Assembly (NCBI GenBank): GCA_965205215.1
Contig: OZ242041.1
Coordinates: 1,568,001 to 1,632,000 of the forward strand
DNA: 64,000 bases
Direction of reading: 5' to 3'
Origin: Nitrosopumilus sp.
GTDB taxonomy: Archaea > Thermoproteota > Nitrososphaeria > Nitrososphaerales > Nitrosopumilaceae
In this document: one piece after another, positions 60,100 through 64,000 of the stretch
Layout of the letters: every line of letters begins with the position of its first letter
Numbering within the stretch: the first letter of the stretch is position 1
Notes under the pieces: generated by a model
Told to the model about the DNA's origin: nothing
The model's database searches: none
Seen by the model: the letters and a program-made list of their open reading frames with translations, nothing else
Translations under genes and position numbers: made by a program

Positions 60100-61750
60100 G
60101 TATAGACTCAGGTCGCCACGTCTCATGATTCGAGCATATGTGAAGGACCGTCTCAGCATGTGGCGGCGACAGAGGGCACCGCCGTTGTAGCCTGTACCAG
60201 CCGTTCGACGCGCTCCGGGCAGTCGGGCGGTTTGAATATGCGCCAGTCAGGATCCTCGATCATGCGCTCCACCGCCATACGCGGGAACACACCCATCTTC
60301 TGGCACGTGCGCGCGACGGACACCAGCACGGAGAACACGTGGCGCCCGTCGGGTTCTGACAGCTGGTGGCGCACGTTGCGGTGCAGCACGACGGTATCGC
60401 GTATTTCCAGCTCGGCGGCGTTGTTATGGGGCGGCATGCCCGGACATCTGAGGAACGTGAACAGGTGCGGGGCGGCGTTCTCCAGCGTCTCGCGGAACCC
60501 GTGACCCTTTTTGTAGCCCGACGCTATGCGCAGCACGGCCCTCTCCAGGTTTAGGCACTCGGCGCCGTCCGCCGACTCGCGGCTTTTGATCCTCCGGTAC
60601 ATGGAGAGCAGCCTGCGGTAGCACGACAGGTCGTCCCCGCCGTTTCTCACGGCGTATTTCTCGGCCTCGCGCAGTATGTGGGCCCAGCAGCGCTGCCTGA
60701 CCGGGAGCATGCCGTACGCGACATATCCGTCCGTGACGGCCGGCATGCCCAGCAGGCCGCCAAAGTGCAGCTCCAGTACGGCCGCGGCCCTGCTCGGGGC
60801 CGCCACGATATACGTGGCGTCCCCTGTAGTCGCCAGCCATACGTACCCCCTCTTGCCGTTCATCCTGATAACCGACTCGTCGAACTGGACGAACGCGGCG
60901 CGCGAGATCCTCTCTAGGATGCCGTCGTACGCGGCCCCGAGCAGGTTCCTTATCGCCCTGCGCGCGTTCCAGACCGCGTTTGCGGACACCGAAAAGCCGT
61001 AGAGCGCCCGGAAATAGTACGATATGGTCGAGTCAGTCGACCTCTTGGCGTAGTATTCGAGTATGAACCCTAGGGCCCTCGGGCCGAACGACGTGCCGGG
61101 CGGCAGGGGAGCCGGGGCGGTGCTGACCGCGCTGCACCTCCTGCAGAATCCGCGCTCGAGCACGTACGCGACCGTCTCGATGCACCTGCTGCTTTCATCC
61201 GGAAAGTCGTTTACGATTCTCGTGACGGGGGCCGCGTACGCGAGGTGGCCACGCCCACAGTTCCGGCACCGGTACAGGCGCATGCGCTCCCTCCTCGAGG
61301 GCCTGTTACCGTGGGACGCGCCCTCGTGCCCCTCCGGAGGCCCGCTGCGCCTGCCCGCCGCGCTTTCTTTCGGTTCAGGTCCGCCCCCGTCCCCCTCCTC
61401 TTCTGCCAGCCTCTTCCGGAACGCGTCGCGCTCCGCGTTGTATATGGAACCCGTGGAGGACGGCGCGTTCGGGCTCTCGTATTTGGCCAGCCTCCTGTCC
61501 TGCTCTGCAATAGTCTCCATAAGCAGGTCTATCTGCTCCTCAAGGCCGGCCCTTATCCTGTCACGCTCGGCCTCCACCCGGGCGACTGCATCCTGCAGCC
61601 TCTTGATCTCCGCCATCATCTTGGCCATCTCCCGACGCAGCAGTGCCGTCTCGGAATCGCCCATGGACAATTTGCAGAATATATGATCTATAAGCTTGTC
61701 GGCCTGCCAGAGTTGCCAACAGGGTCACAGGCATGGACGTGAGTCCATAC
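60100..61750 (-). mobile_element. Single-ORF IS66-family element (ISBst12-like)
   Basis: Imperfect TIR GTATAGACTCAGGTC / GTATGGACTCACGTC. 8-bp TSD GATCTGTT (60092-60099 / 61751-61758). Confidence 0.92.
60153..61670 (-). CDS. IS66-family transposase
   Basis: N-terminal coiled coil, CxxC pairs, QFDES, VTDGY, QRCWAHILR and HNNAAELEIR. Confidence 0.93.
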   Translation of the reverse strand: MSMGDSETALLRREMAKMMAEIKRLQDAVARVEAERDRIRAGLEEQIDLLMETIAEQDRRLAKYESPNAPSSTGSIYNAERDAFRKRLAEEEGDGGGPEPKESAAGRRSGPPEGHEGASHGNRPSRRERMRLYRCRNCGRGHLAYAAPVTRIVNDFPDESSRCIETVAYVLERGFCRRCSAVSTAPAPLPPGTSFGPRALGFILEYYAKRSTDSTISYYFRALYGFSVSANAVWNARRAIRNLLGAAYDGILERISRAAFVQFDESVIRMNGKRGYVWLATTGDATYIVAAPSRAAAVLELHFGGLLGMPAVTDGYVAYGMLPVRQRCWAHILREAEKYAVRNGGDDLSCYRRLLSMYRRIKSRESADGAECLNLERAVLRIASGYKKGHGFRETLENAAPHLFTFLRCPGMPPHNNAAELEIRDTVVLHRNVRHQLSEPDGRHVFSVLVSVARTCQKMGVFPRMAVERMIEDPDWRIFKPPDCPERVERLVQATTAVPSVAATC

Positions 61751-61806
61751 GATCTGTTCGGCTCATACTTTATATAATTAGCAACTTTGCTCAGGCCAGA
61801 AGCCAA

Positions 61807-62487
61807 TTGCTGGTAATTTTTGACGTGGAAGGAGTGCTGTATGACGAGGAGTACCTGCCCATTTTGGCAGAAAAGATAAACAAGGAGAAAGAGATCTGGG
61901 AGATTACAAAAAAGGGAATCCAGGGCAAGATAGACTGGGAGCAGGGCCTCAGGACCAGAATTGACGCCCTGAGGGGAATAGACGAGCGCACGTGCAGGGA
62001 ACTTGCAGAGTCGCTTCCCATTATGACGGGGGCGAGAGAGGCGTGCAGGGCACTCAAGGCGGCAGGCTGGAGGCTCATGGCCGTGTCAGGCGGATTTACG
62101 ATAATGATGGACAGGCTCCAGAAGGAGCTGGGCCTCGACTACATATTCTCAAACGAGCTCGTGTTCTCAGACGGCAAGCTGGACGGTGTCAGGGTGAACG
62201 TGGATGCGGACAAGTCAAAGTCGGCCAGAATCAAGATTGCAGAATGGGGCGAGCGCAAGGAGGACATCGTGTGCGTGGTGGACGGTGCAAACGACATAAA
62301 GCTCTTTGACATATGCGGGCTCGGCATAGCATACAGGGCCCACGACATGGTAAAGGACAGGGCCACGGCCACGCTCGAGGTGAAGGATCTGAGGGGAATA
62401 CTGGACATCATAAAGCAGCACTACAGGATAAAGGAATTTCCAGAGCAGAATGTCAAGGCGCACAAGCCGGTCATGCGTCAAAAGTGA
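61807..62487 (+). CDS. serB: Phosphoserine phosphatase
   Basis: FDVEGVL, VSGGF and DGAND HAD motifs. TTTATATAA at 61769-61777. Confidence 0.88.
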   Translation: MLVIFDVEGVLYDEEYLPILAEKINKEKEIWEITKKGIQGKIDWEQGLRTRIDALRGIDERTCRELAESLPIMTGAREACRALKAAGWRLMAVSGGFTIMMDRLQKELGLDYIFSNELVFSDGKLDGVRVNVDADKSKSARIKIAEWGERKEDIVCVVDGANDIKLFDICGLGIAYRAHDMVKDRATATLEVKDLRGILDIIKQHYRIKEFPEQNVKAHKPVMRQK

Positions 62488-62541
62488 GTGCGGCTCAGGG
62501 GCGCATGCGGGCGGCGAGGGAAGGAAGCGCCGGCAGCAACA

Positions 62542-63456
62542 TTACAGCGCCTTGTAGAACATGGTGCCAAGGTTCCGCTGCTTCATGAACTGCGGGTCGA
62601 GCCCCTCAAAGTTAACCTTGTGCGATATGCGCCTCATTGCACAGACGCACAGCCTGTATATCAGCCCCCACATGGGGTTGTTCTGGTCAAGGTCGTACAT
62701 CCTGAGCAGCAGGCGCAGGAACCACTTTGCGTGCGGATAGTGCTCGGACATGTACTCGGTGACGTATTCGCGCGAGTTGTTCAATTTGTACCGCAGGTGG
62801 TCAAGCGTCTCGTCTCGCATCGCGTATCCGGCCTGGCATATCTGCGTACGGCCCCGCTTTAGCGCGTGCAGTATGTCGTCAAGCGCGTTCTCAGAGTCGA
62901 TTATGTTTACGCACCTTCCAAGAGTCGAGAGTACGTGCGAGTCGCTGCCGGCCACTGACACCATGTTATTCTCGGCCGCAAACTGTGCAGCCCTCGCATT
63001 TGACAGGACGTCGACGTTGTTGCTGTTGAACACCTCGACCATGTCACAACGTGCCGCGTCGTCCCGTAGCGCGTCAAGCAGGCTGAACGGGTGCGGGGCC
63101 GACGAGACGCCGCCCTGCTCCCTTACGGATTCGACTATCTCCTCAAGGGGGATTCCGGGGGGTATGGCCTCATGTATGCCGTACGCAAGGACGTGGGCGC
63201 CCCTGTCAGTGGTCACCTCCTCGGCAGGATGAATCCGTATGCCCGCAAACTTCTCATGGTCGTTCCTGTACTGGAGCATCTGCTCGTACCCGTCAAGCGT
63301 GTTGTGGTTTGTGACAAACATGGCGTCAAGCCCGAGCGCTCGCGCGCGTTCAAGCTGGTCGCGTATGGACACGTCGCAGTCGTACGGGGGCTCGTCCGAA
63401 CCCAAGTGAAAGTTGGAAAAAGAGTTGTGACAGTGGAGTTCAGCCTTGAGTGACAT
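62542..63456 (-). CDS. PHP-domain phosphoesterase
   Basis: ELHCH, TNHN, EEV, HP and GSDSH motifs. Confidence 0.9.
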   Translation of the reverse strand: MSLKAELHCHNSFSNFHLGSDEPPYDCDVSIRDQLERARALGLDAMFVTNHNTLDGYEQMLQYRNDHEKFAGIRIHPAEEVTTDRGAHVLAYGIHEAIPPGIPLEEIVESVREQGGVSSAPHPFSLLDALRDDAARCDMVEVFNSNNVDVLSNARAAQFAAENNMVSVAGSDSHVLSTLGRCVNIIDSENALDDILHALKRGRTQICQAGYAMRDETLDHLRYKLNNSREYVTEYMSEHYPHAKWFLRLLLRMYDLDQNNPMWGLIYRLCVCAMRRISHKVNFEGLDPQFMKQRNLGTMFYKAL

Positions 63457-63659
63457 GATGAGAGGAGGTGCGCCGCGTCGGATTATAATCCTATTGAAGG
63501 CGCGGGGCGGCGCGTGCGCGAGATGCGGGGCGTCAGACGGCGGGAAGTAGCGCGAGGGAGTATGCCGCATGACGTGGGGCGAGGAGCGTGTAGGTGATGG
63601 CTACAATGCCGGTTGCAACGGAGACGATAACGTGTACGACAACGCCCGGCATGCGGAAG

Positions 63660-64000
63660 TCATGAAAAGAGATCGTCTGAGCTCGGCCTCTGCAGCAGTG
63701 CGGCCCCGCCCCGTTCCGCGTCGTACCCGTCGCGGCCAGCCTCCGCGCGCATCACATGCGACGGGTCACACCCCCGCACAATGGCGGCGGGGCACTGGGC
63801 GGCCTTTTGCATTACAAGTTCGGCGGCGGCTGCAATCTCATCGGCAGTCGCAATCTCGGTGACGCGCAGGGTCCTGCCAAACACATCGTGCCGCCCGGCA
63901 TAGCTGGTGAGCGGTAGCAATCCCGCAACCCCTATGGCGCAGTCAGTCTGCCCCATGCGCAGCGGGCGGCCAAACGTGTCGGACAGTATCACGCATACGC
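63660..64000 (-). CDS. cofE: Coenzyme F420-0:L-glutamate ligase, C-terminal part (truncated by the window)
   Basis: SDTFGRPLRMG...ADEIAAAAELVM...DLF. Confidence 0.9.
   Translation of the reverse strand, partial: VCVILSDTFGRPLRMGQTDCAIGVAGLLPLTSYAGRHDVFGRTLRVTEIATADEIAAAAELVMQKAAQCPAAIVRGCDPSHVMRAEAGRDGYDAERGGAALLQRPSSDDLFS

Noticed and set aside
1-64000. tRNA, rRNA, SRP or RNase P genes in intergenic gaps (for example 46830-47050, 48190-48700, 11900-12330)
   Set aside because: No T-loop GTTCRA cloverleaf or other diagnostic motif recognised by eye. An Infernal/tRNAscan run would be needed to exclude them.

Overview
High-GC thaumarchaeal (Nitrosopumilaceae/Cenarchaeum-like, possibly host-associated) chromosome segment. 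The core backbone includes tuf-rps10-rpoP, FBP aldolase/phosphatase, DNA ligase, tRNA splicing endonuclease, argS, a DRG GTPase, sulfite reductase with a rhodanese, thi4, trxB, serB and cofE. Four mobile elements interrupt it: two IS5/IS4-superfamily elements and one single-ORF IS66, each with terminal inverted repeats (TIRs) and target-site duplications (TSDs) visible in the sequence, plus a solo TnpB with an intact RuvC triad. The most unusual locus (9.1-16.6 kb) holds two convergent secreted proteins built from tandem single-Cache-like sensor domains with no transmembrane or signalling output. One has 4 units fused to an NMT1/THI5-like solute-binding domain. The other has 10 units that alternate DNA-homogenised and diversified modules. 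All three DDE IS elements sit 8-10 nt upstream of a host TATA-like box. Also present are an H1-like basic protein with 11 KRKPGRP motifs encoded by a perfect 60-bp array, a collagen-like protein without a signal peptide, and a Met/His-rich secreted repeat protein. All family calls come from motif recognition by eye; no searches were run.
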